Part shown: one piece after another, positions 48,980-59,385 of the stretch
Layout: every line of letters starts with the position of its first letter
Position numbering within the stretch: position 1 is the first letter of the stretch
Source: an uncultured Porphyromonadaceae bacterium
GTDB lineage: Bacteria > Bacteroidota > Bacteroidia > Bacteroidales > Muribaculaceae
Reading direction: 5' to 3'
Assembly (NCBI GenBank): GCA_947175545.1
Contig: CAMWNI010000005.1
Span: forward strand, 4,323-68,322
DNA length: 64,000 nt
Notes under the pieces: model-generated
Told to the model about the DNA's origin: nothing
The model's input: only the letters and a program-made list of their open reading frames with translations
Database searches by the model: none
Program-made: the position numbers and the translations under genes

Positions 48980-50287
48980 ATGGCAAAGAAAACGGAAAAC
49001 ACTAATATGGTGGAGCGTTTCGATGAGTTTAAGGAATATAAACACATCGACAAGACCACGATGATCAGTGTGTTGGAAGAGAGTTTCCGCAATGTGCTGG
49101 CCAAGATGTTTGGAACCGACGAGAATCTGGACGTTATCATGAACCCGGACAAGGGTGACGTGCAGATTTTTCAGAATCTTGAAGTTGTTCCCGACGGCGA
49201 GGTGCAGAATCCGAACCTGCAGATTTCGCTGAGCGACGCCCGCGCCGACAATGACCCCGACGCCGAAATCGGCGAGGAACACACTAAGGAAATCATCTTC
49301 GCCGACTTCGGCCGGCGCGCGATTCTGAATCTGCGCCAGACTCTCCAGAGTAAAATCCTCGATCTGCAGAAGGAGGCAATCTATACGAAGTTCAAGGAAC
49401 TTGAAGGTGAGTTGATTACTGCCGAAGTTTATCAGACCTGGAGCAAGGAAATCCTGCTGATGGATGAAGAGAAGAATGAACTTCTGCTTCCGAAGAGCGA
49501 GTCAATTCCCGGCGACTTCTTCCGCAAGGGCGAGATGGTCCGCGCCGTCATTGCCAATGTGGACAACAAGAATAACAACCCGAAGATTACCGTCAGCCGC
49601 GTCAGCGAGCAATTCCTTCGCGCTCTGTTCGAACTTGAGGTTCCTGAGATTCACGACGGTCTGATTAACATCCGTGCCGTTGCCCGCATTCCGGGAGAGC
49701 GCGCCAAGATTGCCGTTGAAAGCTATGACGACCGCATTGACCCCGTTGGCGCATGCGTCGGCGTGAAAGGTTCGCGTATCCATGGTATTGTCCGCGAATT
49801 GCGCAATGAAAACATTGACGTGATTCCCTGGACTTCAAATCCGTCACTGCTGATTCAGCGTGCGCTCAGCCCCGCCAAGGTCAGCAAAATCCGCCTTGAC
49901 GAAGAGGAAAAGCGTGCAGAGGTTTTCCTGGCTCCTGAGGAAGTCAGCCTCGCAATTGGCCGCGGCGGTCAGAACATCAAGCTTGCCTCGATGCTTACCG
50001 GCTATGAAATTGATGTTTATCGCGAAACGGGCAATGAAGATATTGACGATATCTATCTTGACGAGTTCAAGGATGAAATTGACGAATGGGTAATCGACGC
50101 CCTGAAGAATATGGGCCTGACGACTGCCAAAGCCGTTCTCGAGACCCAGCGCGACATTCTGATTGAAAAAGCCGACCTTGAGGCCGAGACTGTCGATCAG
50201 GTTCTGTCGATTCTCAGCGCCGAATTTGAGGAGGAGGCTGATAACACAGCCGACGCCGCCGCTGACGAGGAAGAACCCACGGCCTGA
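48980..50287 (+). CDS. nusA: Transcription termination/antitermination factor NusA
   Basis: S1 and KH domains (ACVGVKGSRI, AIGRGGQNIKLAS) with an acidic C-terminal tail. Confidence 0.95.
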   Translation: MAKKTENTNMVERFDEFKEYKHIDKTTMISVLEESFRNVLAKMFGTDENLDVIMNPDKGDVQIFQNLEVVPDGEVQNPNLQISLSDARADNDPDAEIGEEHTKEIIFADFGRRAILNLRQTLQSKILDLQKEAIYTKFKELEGELITAEVYQTWSKEILLMDEEKNELLLPKSESIPGDFFRKGEMVRAVIANVDNKNNNPKITVSRVSEQFLRALFELEVPEIHDGLINIRAVARIPGERAKIAVESYDDRIDPVGACVGVKGSRIHGIVRELRNENIDVIPWTSNPSLLIQRALSPAKVSKIRLDEEEKRAEVFLAPEEVSLAIGRGGQNIKLASMLTGYEIDVYRETGNEDIDDIYLDEFKDEIDEWVIDALKNMGLTTAKAVLETQRDILIEKADLEAETVDQVLSILSAEFEEEADNTADAAADEEEPTA

Positions 50288-50387
50288 AACCCGGGCCGGC
50301 GACAGAACGACAGGGATACGGCTTCCCGGTTAGAACAAGACATTGACAAACTCCTTAATCAACATTTTTTATAGAAAGCAGCAGTAA

Positions 50388-53369
50388 ATGGCGAAATTGA
50401 AATTAGGAAAAATCGCAAGTGAACTTAACGTGGGGCTCAACACGGTTGCAGAGTTCTTGCGCAAAAAAGGCATTGAAGTTGAGGAGACTCCCAACTTCCG
50501 TGTAGAAGAACAAACGTGTGAACTCTTGATTAAGGAGTTTGGTGCGGGCAAGAACATATCTCTGTCGTCCAAGTCTCCCAAGGCAACCGCGCCTGCGTCG
50601 GATAGCGCCTCGGCGTCCAAGGCCGAAGTGAAAAAAGCCCCGGCAGGGCCGAAGGTAATCGGCAAGATTGACCTTTCGACCGGTCAGCCGGCCAAGGTTG
50701 AGAAGAAACCGGAAGCGAAACCCGCTCCGGAGGTCAAACCTGAACCGGCCAAGAAGCCCGAACCCGTTGTTGAAAAAGCCGAACCGGAGGCCGTAAAGCA
50801 TGAACCGGCGCCTGAGGTAAAACCTGAGCCGAAGCCCGAACCCGTCAAGAAACCGGAGCCGGAGCCGGTTAAGGCTGCGGAGCCGAAGCCCGCGGCCGAG
50901 CCTGCGAAACCTGCACCGGCAACGCCGGAGCCGGTCGCAGCCAAGCCTGCGCCGAAAGCCGAACCCGCGCCGGCCAAGCCGGAGGCGGCTCCCAAGCCCG
51001 AACCGGACGTCAAGAAGCCGGAGCCTGTCAGCGCAACTGTTGCTGAACCGGAGAAACCTGCTGAGCCTGAGGTTTTCCGTCTTCACACGTCAGACGAGCT
51101 GAGGGATCGTGCGCCGCAGTTCAAGGTGCTTGACAAGATTGACCTTTCGGCCCTTAACCAGTCGACCCGCCCCAAGAAAAAGAGCAAGGAGGAACGCCGC
51201 AAGGCTGCCGCCGCTGTTCAGCAGGGAGCTAACGGAGCCGCCGGCGACCGCAAGAAGCGTAAGCGCATTGGCTCGAACGAGAAAGTCGACGTTACGAAGG
51301 AGCAGGGTAGCAATGGCCGCGGCAACAACGGCAACGACCGCAAACGCGGCGAAAATGCCGGCGGAAACGGCAATAACAACCGCAAAGGCGGAAATAACAA
51401 CGCATCGAATAACAACGACCGCAACCGCAAGCAGCGTGAGCGTCAGCAGCAGCCTGAAGTCAGCGAGGAGGATGTCCAGCGTCAGGTCAAGGAGGTTCTG
51501 GCACGCCTGACCTCCAAAGGCCCGAAGGGACAGAAAACCGGCGCAAAATGGCGTAAGGAAAAGCGCGAGGCCTTCGCAAACCGCGAGCAGGAGCGCGCCG
51601 AACTTCAGCAGGCCGAGAGCAAGGTGCTGAAACTGACTGAATTTGTTACGGCCAATGACCTGGCTTCGCTGATGAACGTGCCTATCAACAACGTCATTGC
51701 AACCTGCATGCAGATGGGCGTGATGGTCAGCATAAACCAGCGTCTCGACGCCGAAACAATCAACATTGTTGCCGATGAATTCGGATTCAAGACCGAATAT
51801 ATTTCGACTGAAGTCAGCGAGGCTGTCACTCAGGAGGAAGACAAGGAGGAGGACCTCGTTCCGCGTCCGCCGATTGTGACCGTCATGGGTCACGTCGACC
51901 ACGGTAAGACCTCGCTGCTCGACTATATTCGCCAGGCAAACGTCATTGCCGGCGAGGCAGGCGGCATCACGCAGCATATCGGCGCCTACAACGTCACTCT
52001 TCAGGACGGGCGTCACATTACCTTCCTTGACACCCCGGGCCACGAGGCGTTTACGGCAATGCGTGCGCGCGGTGCCAAGGTGACCGACCTTTGTATCATT
52101 ATTGTTGCGGCCGATGACGCCGTCATGCCCCAGACTGTCGAAGCAATCAACCATGCCGCGGCAGCCGGTGTGCCTATCGTCTTTGCAATCAATAAGATTG
52201 ATAAACCGCATGCCAACCCTGACAAGATTAAGGAAGAACTCTCGCAGATGAACTATCTGGTTGAGGACTGGGGCGGTAAGTATCAAAGCCAGGAGATTTC
52301 GGCAAAGAAGGGCCTCGGTGTTGAGGACCTGATGGAAAAAGTGCTGCTCGAGGCTGAGATGCTGGACCTGAAAGCCAACCCTAACCGCAATGCCGTCGGT
52401 TCGATTATTGAATCGTCGCTTGACAAGGGGCGCGGCTATGTTGCAACGGTGCTTGTACAGAACGGTACGCTCCACGTCGGTGACATTATCCTTGCCGGAA
52501 CGCACTATGGCAAAGTAAAAGCGATGTTCAACGAGCGTAATCAGCGCGTAACCGAGGCCGGTCCGGCCACTCCGGTGCTTATTCTCGGTCTGAACGGCGC
52601 TCCGACTGCCGGCGACACATTTAACGTGATGGACTCCGAACAGGAAGCTCGCGAAATCGCAACCAAGCGCGAACAGCTTCAGCGCGAACAGAGCGCCCGC
52701 ACCCACAAGATGATTACCCTTGAGGATATCGGTCGCCGTCGTGCAATCGGCAACTTCCAGGAACTCAACATTATTGTCAAGGGCGACGTTGACGGCTCGA
52801 TTGAAGCCCTGTCAGACTCGTTGCTGAAACTGTCAACCGAGGAAATCCAGGTGAACGTCATTCACAAGGCCGTCGGTGCGATTTCAGAGAGCGATGTCGA
52901 CCTGGCTGCCGCATCCGATGCAATTATTATAGGCTTCCAGGTTCGTCCGAGCCAGGCCGCCCGCAAATCGGCCGAGCGCGAGGGTGTTGACATTCGCCTC
53001 TACTCGGTTATCTATCAGGCCATAGAGGAAGTCAAGGACGCGATGGCCGGCATGCTTGCCCCTGAAATCAAGGAGGAAGTCATCGGCACGGCTGAGGTTC
53101 TTCAGACCTATCACATCAGCAAGGTCGGAACGATTGCCGGCGCCATTGTGCGTGACGGTAAAATCAAGAGAGGCTGCAAGGTGCGCCTGATTCGTGACGG
53201 CATTGTGCGCTACACCGGCGAACTCGGTTCGCTCAAGCGCTTCAAGGATGATGTCAAGGAAGTGCTTTCCGGCTACGACTGCGGTCTTAGCATCGCAGGC
53301 TATAATGACCTCCAGGAAGGAGACCTCATTGAAGGTTTCGAGGAGGTCGAGGTTTCACGCTCAATTTGA
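50388..53369 (+). CDS. infB: Translation initiation factor IF-2
   Basis: G-domain ([28 protein letters not shown]) preceded by a ~400-aa low-complexity N-terminus. Confidence 0.95.
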   Translation: MAKLKLGKIASELNVGLNTVAEFLRKKGIEVEETPNFRVEEQTCELLIKEFGAGKNISLSSKSPKATAPASDSASASKAEVKKAPAGPKVIGKIDLSTGQPAKVEKKPEAKPAPEVKPEPAKKPEPVVEKAEPEAVKHEPAPEVKPEPKPEPVKKPEPEPVKAAEPKPAAEPAKPAPATPEPVAAKPAPKAEPAPAKPEAAPKPEPDVKKPEPVSATVAEPEKPAEPEVFRLHTSDELRDRAPQFKVLDKIDLSALNQSTRPKKKSKEERRKAAAAVQQGANGAAGDRKKRKRIGSNEKVDVTKEQGSNGRGNNGNDRKRGENAGGNGNNNRKGGNNNASNNNDRNRKQRERQQQPEVSEEDVQRQVKEVLARLTSKGPKGQKTGAKWRKEKREAFANREQERAELQQAESKVLKLTEFVTANDLASLMNVPINNVIATCMQMGVMVSINQRLDAETINIVADEFGFKTEYISTEVSEAVTQEEDKEEDLVPRPPIVTVMGHVDHGKTSLLDYIRQANVIAGEAGGITQHIGAYNVTLQDGRHITFLDTPGHEAFTAMRARGAKVTDLCIIIVAADDAVMPQTVEAINHAAAAGVPIVFAINKIDKPHANPDKIKEELSQMNYLVEDWGGKYQSQEISAKKGLGVEDLMEKVLLEAEMLDLKANPNRNAVGSIIESSLDKGRGYVATVLVQNGTLHVGDIILAGTHYGKVKAMFNERNQRVTEAGPATPVLILGLNGAPTAGDTFNVMDSEQEAREIATKREQLQREQSARTHKMITLEDIGRRRAIGNFQELNIIVKGDVDGSIEALSDSLLKLSTEEIQVNVIHKAVGAISESDVDLAAASDAIIIGFQVRPSQAARKSAEREGVDIRLYSVIYQAIEEVKDAMAGMLAPEIKEEVIGTAEVLQTYHISKVGTIAGAIVRDGKIKRGCKVRLIRDGIVRYTGELGSLKRFKDDVKEVLSGYDCGLSIAGYNDLQEGDLIEGFEEVEVSRSI

Positions 53370-53830
53370 TCGCTCACATAAACATAGGCTCTAATTTAGG
53401 CAACCGCGCAGCCAGTATTGACCGCGCGGTCGCCTTGCTTTCTGATCTGGGCGAAGTCAGAGCGGTCTCGTCTCCGTTCGTCTCCCGGGCGTGGGGCTAT
53501 GAGTCGGACAATGAGTTTCTTAACGTTGGTGTCAACCTCGAAACAGACCTTCCGTCCCTTGACCTGCTTGAGGGCCTGAAGAGGATTGAACGTCAGATTG
53601 CGCCGGAGGGAACACACCGGACAGTGGATGGCGGATATGCCGACCGCGAGATTGATCTCGATCTGATTGCCCGCGGCGCTGAGCTGATTTCCACTCCGGA
53701 ACTGACGCTTCCTCACCCGCGGATGCGGCAGCGGGCATTCGTTCTCGGGCCGCTGGCGGAACTGATGCCGGAGTGGCGCCATCCGAAAACGCACCTGACT
53801 GCGTCAGAAATGCTCCGACTGATACAATAA
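53366..53830 (+). CDS. folK: 2-amino-4-hydroxy-6-hydroxymethyldihydropteridine diphosphokinase (HPPK)
   Basis: [13 protein letters not shown]...; LDLDLI; [14 protein letters not shown]. Apparent TTG start overlaps the infB TGA (TTGA). Confidence 0.8.
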   Translation: MIAHINIGSNLGNRAASIDRAVALLSDLGEVRAVSSPFVSRAWGYESDNEFLNVGVNLETDLPSLDLLEGLKRIERQIAPEGTHRTVDGGYADREIDLDLIARGAELISTPELTLPHPRMRQRAFVLGPLAELMPEWRHPKTHLTASEMLRLIQ

Positions 53831-53885
53831 AAGTAGCGCCTGATGCGTTTTTTCAAAAATTAAGCTTAAATCATTTATCACAGAA

Positions 53886-54725
53886 ATGAAACTTAGACAC
53901 GTTGCAATCGGTTTCGCCTCGCTGGTCATCGTCCTGACCGGTTGTTCGTCAGGTAAGACCCGCTTGCCTTATTTTACTGATATTGATGTTGAAAAACTTG
54001 AAATTCCGGTAGGTGACTTCTCAGTCAAGATAGTGCCGGACGATGAATTGCTGATTAATGTGTCTGCCGCCGACCCGGAGGCAGTCGAGGCTTACACGGT
54101 GCCTTACCAGCATCCGCGCCAGCGCGATTTTAATTTTCCGTCAGGTCAGACGCGCGAGAGTTTTGTGCTGACCACCCGCAAATCGAATCTGTCACTTCAG
54201 CCTTACGTTGTCAGCCCTGAGGGTTTCATCAATTTTCCGGTTTTAGGCAAAATTCATGTAGCAGGAATGACGCTTGAGGGACTTGCCGACTATTTGACTG
54301 AAAAAATCAGCGAAAAGGTTGTTGATCCAATGGTCTCGGTTGAACTTACCAACTTCCACGTCAACGTTATCGGCGAAGTCAACCATCCGGGAATGTTCAT
54401 TGTCAATCGCGAGCGTTTCTCAGTACTTGACGCCATTGCCGAGGCCGGCGATCTGACCGCCTACGGCGAGCGCAACAACGTAATGATTATCCGCGAGGAA
54501 AACGGCAAGCGCGTTGCTCACCGCATTAACCTCAACAAGGCTCAGGCGCTTGAGTCGCCTTTCTTTTTCCTGCGCCAGAACGATGTTGTCTATGTTGAGC
54601 CTAACACCGTACGTCAGGCCAATGCCAAGGTTGACAATGACCGTCAGTATCGTCTTTCCATGACTTCGGTAATTGTCAGCGCCGTTTCAGTAATCGCCTC
54701 TCTCGCAATCTCCCTTTTAAGATGA
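53886..54725 (+). CDS. Polysaccharide export outer-membrane protein (Wza/BexD family)
   Basis: Lipobox LTGCSS. Poly_export motif (V.PEG.I.FP.LG.I.VAG.T...L...L) plus an SLBB-like region. Confidence 0.85.
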   Translation: MKLRHVAIGFASLVIVLTGCSSGKTRLPYFTDIDVEKLEIPVGDFSVKIVPDDELLINVSAADPEAVEAYTVPYQHPRQRDFNFPSGQTRESFVLTTRKSNLSLQPYVVSPEGFINFPVLGKIHVAGMTLEGLADYLTEKISEKVVDPMVSVELTNFHVNVIGEVNHPGMFIVNRERFSVLDAIAEAGDLTAYGERNNVMIIREENGKRVAHRINLNKAQALESPFFFLRQNDVVYVEPNTVRQANAKVDNDRQYRLSMTSVIVSAVSVIASLAISLLR

Positions 54726-54744
54726 TAAGCCCCTGCTAAGAGAT

Positions 54745-56304
54745 ATGGAAGAAAATAAATCAGAGTTGATTGATATAAAAGGCATCTTGCGCGAATTTTC
54801 CGCCAAGTGGCATTGGTTTTTGATTTCGGTTGTCTGCTCATGTGCTGTCGGCTTTCTGGTTTCAAAAATCGTCAAGCCGCAGTATGAGATCAGGGCAAAC
54901 GTAATCCTGACCGAAAACAACGCACTCGGGTCAATGATGGCTGCCGGAGGTCTCAGCGGAGTGTCCGCGCTTCTCGGCGGCAATGCCAGCGCCGAGGATG
55001 AGGTTGAAATTATGACGTCTCACTCCGTGCTGAAGGAGGTTGCACGCACCCTGGGGCTGAATGAAATCCGTTTTGACCGTCCGGCGCCCCTGATGGCTAC
55101 GATGCTTTATAAGAACTATCCGATTGACGTAGTCCCGGCTCCGGAGATTCTGGCTGACACGATGCGCGTTGGCTTGCAGTTCCGAATTGTGGTCCATAAA
55201 AACGGACTGGCAGACATTTCCGTCAAGGCGCGAAAAAAGACAATTTACAACGAAAAAGGCAAGTCTCTGCCCTGCGTTGTTAATCTTCCTTATGGTGATT
55301 TCACCGTGGTGACAACTCCGAACTACGTTAAGGGAAAGAAAATCAAGAATCTTATAAACTTCACTAACTATGACGTTGCGGCTGAGAATCTCAGAAAGCA
55401 GATTGCCGTGGCGCTCGCCACGAAGCGCTCGCAGATTATCACGATGCAGATGATTACGGACAACGAACCGTATGCCTGCGATGTGCTGAATACGCTGATT
55501 GAGAAATACAATGCGCGCGGCCTGCGTGACCATCTGGCGCAGACCGGGGCTACGGCCGATTTTCTCCGCGACCGCCTCCTGATGATGCGCCATGAGCTGG
55601 ACTCGACCGAGACCGCGCTTGCAAGATATAAGACCTCGGAGGGCATCACAGAGCTTGAAAAGGATGGAGCTGTGATTTATCAGCGGATGATTGAGGCTGA
55701 GAAGGAACTGGCCGAGCAGCAGGTGCTTACGCAGCTTGCGCGTGTCACACTGACTCAGGTGCGCAACAGCGCCCATGACAATTCGCTGATTCCGCAACAG
55801 AGCGCCGACCCGATTCTTGCGGCACAGATTGACGCTTACAATGGTGCGATTATGGCACGCCTGCGCATGGAACAGTCTGCTAAAGGCGATAATCCTTCGA
55901 TTGTCAGAGTTGATGAGCAAATCAAGACTCTCCGTTCCAATCTGATTTCGACCCTTGAGGCTGCCGTCAGCAAGGGCGAGCAGATGACTGCCGAGTATCG
56001 CAAGGTTTACGACGAAGCGTCGGCCCAGGTCAGCGGCCTGCCAAAGCAGGAACTTTCATACCGCTCCAAGGTCCGCGACCAGACGATTCAGGAGGAAATC
56101 TACCTTTTCCTGCTCCAAAAGCAAGAAGAAACCGCAATTCTGATGAACAATACGCTCCCGAAGGGTGCGATTGTTGACGAGGCTTACTCGCTCAATGAGG
56201 ACAAATCGCTTTCGACGAAGGTTCTTCTGGCACTCTTCTTCGCTGTCGGCCTGTGTATTCCGCCGGCATTCATCTACGGTAAGAAACTTCTCGGCAAAAA
56301 ATGA
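54745..56304 (+). CDS. Polysaccharide co-polymerase / chain-length determinant (Wzz/GumC-like) without a kinase domain
   Basis: N-terminal TM after a Wzz motif, a long coiled-coil periplasmic region, and a C-terminal TM. Ends at 519 aa with no Walker motifs. Confidence 0.8.
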   Translation: MEENKSELIDIKGILREFSAKWHWFLISVVCSCAVGFLVSKIVKPQYEIRANVILTENNALGSMMAAGGLSGVSALLGGNASAEDEVEIMTSHSVLKEVARTLGLNEIRFDRPAPLMATMLYKNYPIDVVPAPEILADTMRVGLQFRIVVHKNGLADISVKARKKTIYNEKGKSLPCVVNLPYGDFTVVTTPNYVKGKKIKNLINFTNYDVAAENLRKQIAVALATKRSQIITMQMITDNEPYACDVLNTLIEKYNARGLRDHLAQTGATADFLRDRLLMMRHELDSTETALARYKTSEGITELEKDGAVIYQRMIEAEKELAEQQVLTQLARVTLTQVRNSAHDNSLIPQQSADPILAAQIDAYNGAIMARLRMEQSAKGDNPSIVRVDEQIKTLRSNLISTLEAAVSKGEQMTAEYRKVYDEASAQVSGLPKQELSYRSKVRDQTIQEEIYLFLLQKQEETAILMNNTLPKGAIVDEAYSLNEDKSLSTKVLLALFFAVGLCIPPAFIYGKKLLGKK

Positions 56305-57731
56305 CCACTGAAGCCCTCAGTCAGCAACAGGCAAAGCCTCCCTATTTTACCGCCCCGGCCCGAGACTGGGGGCGGGCCATAGGGTTTCTGCTTCTCTGCT
56401 CGCTTGCAGGGCTGAAGTTCTATCCGGCGCTGATATTTATTGCCTTACTACTTATTAGCCGAGTCCGATGGCGTAAGGACCGCTATTTTTTTCTTGTCGA
56501 ATTCATAATTTTCTGTACGGGGTCGGGGCTTGTAGGCTATTCGACTTATGCGGTGCGTCCGTGTGACTTCGCGTTCATTTTTGCTGCAATCGGCATTATG
56601 ATTTACCGCAAAAACGGACTTGTCAGGCGCATTACGCTTGCAATGCTCGCTTACTTTGCCGTGTTGTTCATTCTGGCGTTCATGTCGATTGAGCCGATGA
56701 AGAATCAGATTACCCAGATACGCTATTATCTTCTGATTATAGGGTTCTTTATCCCGTTGGTTACGTTTGCTGACAAGGATTTTGATTTTCGCCGACTGAT
56801 GTATGTCATTATTCTTCATGCGTTGGCAATCTGCGGTTTCTATGTCATTGACACTTTTGTGCTGACTGGTTTCATTCTGACTCCCGGTTCGCATTCATGG
56901 GGCGTGTCAACGATTACGGCTCCTGTCATTGCAACGTTTACGCTTACGCGCCATTATCCTCCTGGCCTTTACTGGCTTCTGCTGTTGATTATACCTCTGA
57001 ACTATAAGTTGATGCGGCTTCGGTGGTATCATTGGGCGCTGATTGCTCTCGCATTGGTTTCCTCCCGCACCAATTCTCTGCTGTTCGCCCTGATTGTCTG
57101 TTTCGTGTTTTTCAGACCGAAAATCCGTCAGGTGATGATTTATACGGTTATCGGTGCGGTCGGCCTGACCGGACTATATCTGACCGACAAGGCAATCGGC
57201 GGCTCGCTGCGTTTGGCTGACAATATTGAATCGTTCGGAATGTTAAGCACGGCAGTCGATGAAGAGGATATTGCCGATTTCGGCAGCGGACGAGTCGCGC
57301 AGATTCTTCCGAAATGGGAGCTTCTTTACGATTTGAAGCGCGAATGGATTGGATTCGGTTTCTTAAACCGCGAAAAAACGACCAATCCGATCTTCCAGAT
57401 TGAAAATCAATATTATTCGGACCAGTCGAAGGCCGAAGAGGCTGCAACCGGCGTCGAAGTGACCGAGATTCAGACAATTCTTGACGTCGGGTTTATCGGT
57501 CTGATTGCACAGATGGCATTCTATATAGGCGTCTATTTCATGATTAGGCGTCTTCGATACTCAAATTATTATCTTTGTCTGCTTGTCGGTTTTGAAGTTC
57601 TGGGAGTCGGCGGTTTCGCCGGGTTGAACGGCATACAGTATTCGCTGCTGATTCTCGGCATGATTCTCGGAGGCATTATTCTTGCTGACCGGCGCAGTAC
57701 AAAACCGATTGCATCAACCGAAACTATCTGA
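56301..57731 (+). CDS. O-antigen ligase/polymerase-like (Wzy-type) polytopic membrane protein
   Basis: About 10 or more TM helices with a larger loop near residues 300-380. 4-nt overlap with the upstream gene. Family assignment is tentative. Confidence 0.6.
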   Translation: MTTEALSQQQAKPPYFTAPARDWGRAIGFLLLCSLAGLKFYPALIFIALLLISRVRWRKDRYFFLVEFIIFCTGSGLVGYSTYAVRPCDFAFIFAAIGIMIYRKNGLVRRITLAMLAYFAVLFILAFMSIEPMKNQITQIRYYLLIIGFFIPLVTFADKDFDFRRLMYVIILHALAICGFYVIDTFVLTGFILTPGSHSWGVSTITAPVIATFTLTRHYPPGLYWLLLLIIPLNYKLMRLRWYHWALIALALVSSRTNSLLFALIVCFVFFRPKIRQVMIYTVIGAVGLTGLYLTDKAIGGSLRLADNIESFGMLSTAVDEEDIADFGSGRVAQILPKWELLYDLKREWIGFGFLNREKTTNPIFQIENQYYSDQSKAEEAATGVEVTEIQTILDVGFIGLIAQMAFYIGVYFMIRRLRYSNYYLCLLVGFEVLGVGGFAGLNGIQYSLLILGMILGGIILADRRSTKPIASTETI

Positions 57732-57732
57732 C

Positions 57733-58776
57733 ATGAAGATACTCCATCTGATATTCACCATGAAAACCGGAGGCACGGAGAGCATGCTTATTGACATTGC
57801 TAACGAGCAGTCCCGAATGGGCCATGACGTATCCGTGATGGTCATTAACCGAGGGTCGGAGCCGGATTTGCTCGCCCAGTTTGATTCCGGAGTGAAGATA
57901 ATGGAGATGAACCGCAGGCTGCGTTCGCGCAATCCGATTCCGGTTGTCAGGACAAATCTGGCTGTCATGAAACTGAATCCGGATGTTATTCACGTACATA
58001 ACGAGCGGGGCGTAAACATTCTGATGCCGCTGCTGCGCAGAAGAGTAATACAGACGGTTCATACAACCGGCATAGGTCTTCAAGGTTGTCAGCGGCAAAC
58101 GCCGATAGTGGCAATTTCGCAGGCGGTTGCCGATGACCTTAAATCGCGTTGCGGACTGGAATCTGAAGTTGTCATGAACGGAATCAGGACCGATGAAATC
58201 AAGCGCAGACAGCCGTCCGAACGGTTTGACCGCGTTGTTTGCGTTGGTCGACTGGATGTTGAGGTCAAGGGCCAGGACCTGCTTCTGAAAACTCTGACCT
58301 GCTTCCCTGACCTGACCCTTTCGCTTATTGGCGATGGCGAGAGCATGGAGGGTTTGAAGTATCTGGCCAGGGACCTCAGAGTTGCCTCGCGGGTTGAATT
58401 TCTCGGCAAGATGAGCCGCGGGGAAATCTATGAGACGCTGAAGGACTATGATATGTTTGTCTTGCCGTCGCGCCAGGAGGGATTCGGGCTTGTGCTTGCC
58501 GAGGCCATGGCGGCCGGATTGCCGGTCGTGACCTCAGCGCTGCCGGGTCCGATGGAGGTTATTGACGGAGGGCGGCTCGGCTACATCTTCGAGCCTGATT
58601 CGTCTCGGTCGCTTGCCGAAGCCCTTCAGCGTCTTGTCAATAACCGGGATGATGCGCAGCGCATTGCCCTGACTGAGGGAATTGACTTCGTTGCGCAGAA
58701 TTTCAGCGTGACGAAAACCGCGTCACGCTATATTGACCTTTACGGGCAATACTTTCCCGCCCGGTGCAGGGTCTGA
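57733..58776 (+). CDS. Glycosyltransferase family 4 (GT-B)
   Basis: Start chosen at MKILHLIFTMKTGGTE. C-terminal E..G....EAMA.G.PV motif. Confidence 0.85.
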   Translation: MKILHLIFTMKTGGTESMLIDIANEQSRMGHDVSVMVINRGSEPDLLAQFDSGVKIMEMNRRLRSRNPIPVVRTNLAVMKLNPDVIHVHNERGVNILMPLLRRRVIQTVHTTGIGLQGCQRQTPIVAISQAVADDLKSRCGLESEVVMNGIRTDEIKRRQPSERFDRVVCVGRLDVEVKGQDLLLKTLTCFPDLTLSLIGDGESMEGLKYLARDLRVASRVEFLGKMSRGEIYETLKDYDMFVLPSRQEGFGLVLAEAMAAGLPVVTSALPGPMEVIDGGRLGYIFEPDSSRSLAEALQRLVNNRDDAQRIALTEGIDFVAQNFSVTKTASRYIDLYGQYFPARCRV

Positions 58777-58779
58777 AAA

Positions 58780-59385
58780 TCAGGATTGTTGCGATTTGAG
58801 GTATTCTTCACAACAGAGCTTTAGTTCGGAATACCAGTCGGCACCGAAACGCTCGGTCAGCGGTCCTTCGAGAAACTGATAGAGGCGGATGCCCTCGCGG
58901 CGTCCTTTGGCGCGCGCCGGACGGCAGATGTTCCAGCGGTGATAGTTGACGGCGGTGAATGAGTCATATTCCGTCAGCCGCACCGGATAGAGGGCGCATG
59001 AAATCGGTTTGCGCCATTGCGTTTCGCCACGGCGATAGGCTCCGTCAAGGGCGCAAAGACATACCCCTCCGGGACCATAGCAGGTAAAGGCACAGTTTCG
59101 CCCATCAAGAATTGTCGTTACCAGGTCTCCTTCTTCGTCGACGTAAGCAACGCCGTTTCGCTTTACTTCCTCGACAGCCCGGGGCAGCATTTCTTTCTCA
59201 ATAGCGGGTAGAGCGCGACGAATTTCGCGACATTCGGCATCGGTTACGGGTGCGCCGGCGTCACCTTCGATGCAACATTCGCCTTTGCAGGCGTCGAGGT
59301 CACAGCAAAAAAATTCTTCAGCCAGGTCGAGACTGACCAGGGTGTTCTGTATCTGAAACATGATTTGTTCTTCTTCGATTGTCAT
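58780..59385 (-). CDS. DUF3109-family Cys-rich protein
   Basis: FCCDLDACKGECCIEGDAGAP motif. Alternative start at 59361 (MFQIQNTL). The ATG at 59385 overlaps the upstream stop (ATGA). Confidence 0.7.
   Translation of the reverse strand: MTIEEEQIMFQIQNTLVSLDLAEEFFCCDLDACKGECCIEGDAGAPVTDAECREIRRALPAIEKEMLPRAVEEVKRNGVAYVDEEGDLVTTILDGRNCAFTCYGPGGVCLCALDGAYRRGETQWRKPISCALYPVRLTEYDSFTAVNYHRWNICRPARAKGRREGIRLYQFLEGPLTERFGADWYSELKLCCEEYLKSQQS

Noticed and set aside
51090-52706. 538-aa minus-strand ORF. Similar long antisense or off-frame ORFs occur at 23790-24896, 24772-25545, 54931-55920, 20447-21187 and 50403-51086.
   Set aside because: All are antisense to, or out of frame with, confidently identified genes (infB, polA, U32 peptidase, the Wzz-like gene, COG0523). 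Their compositions are not protein-like.
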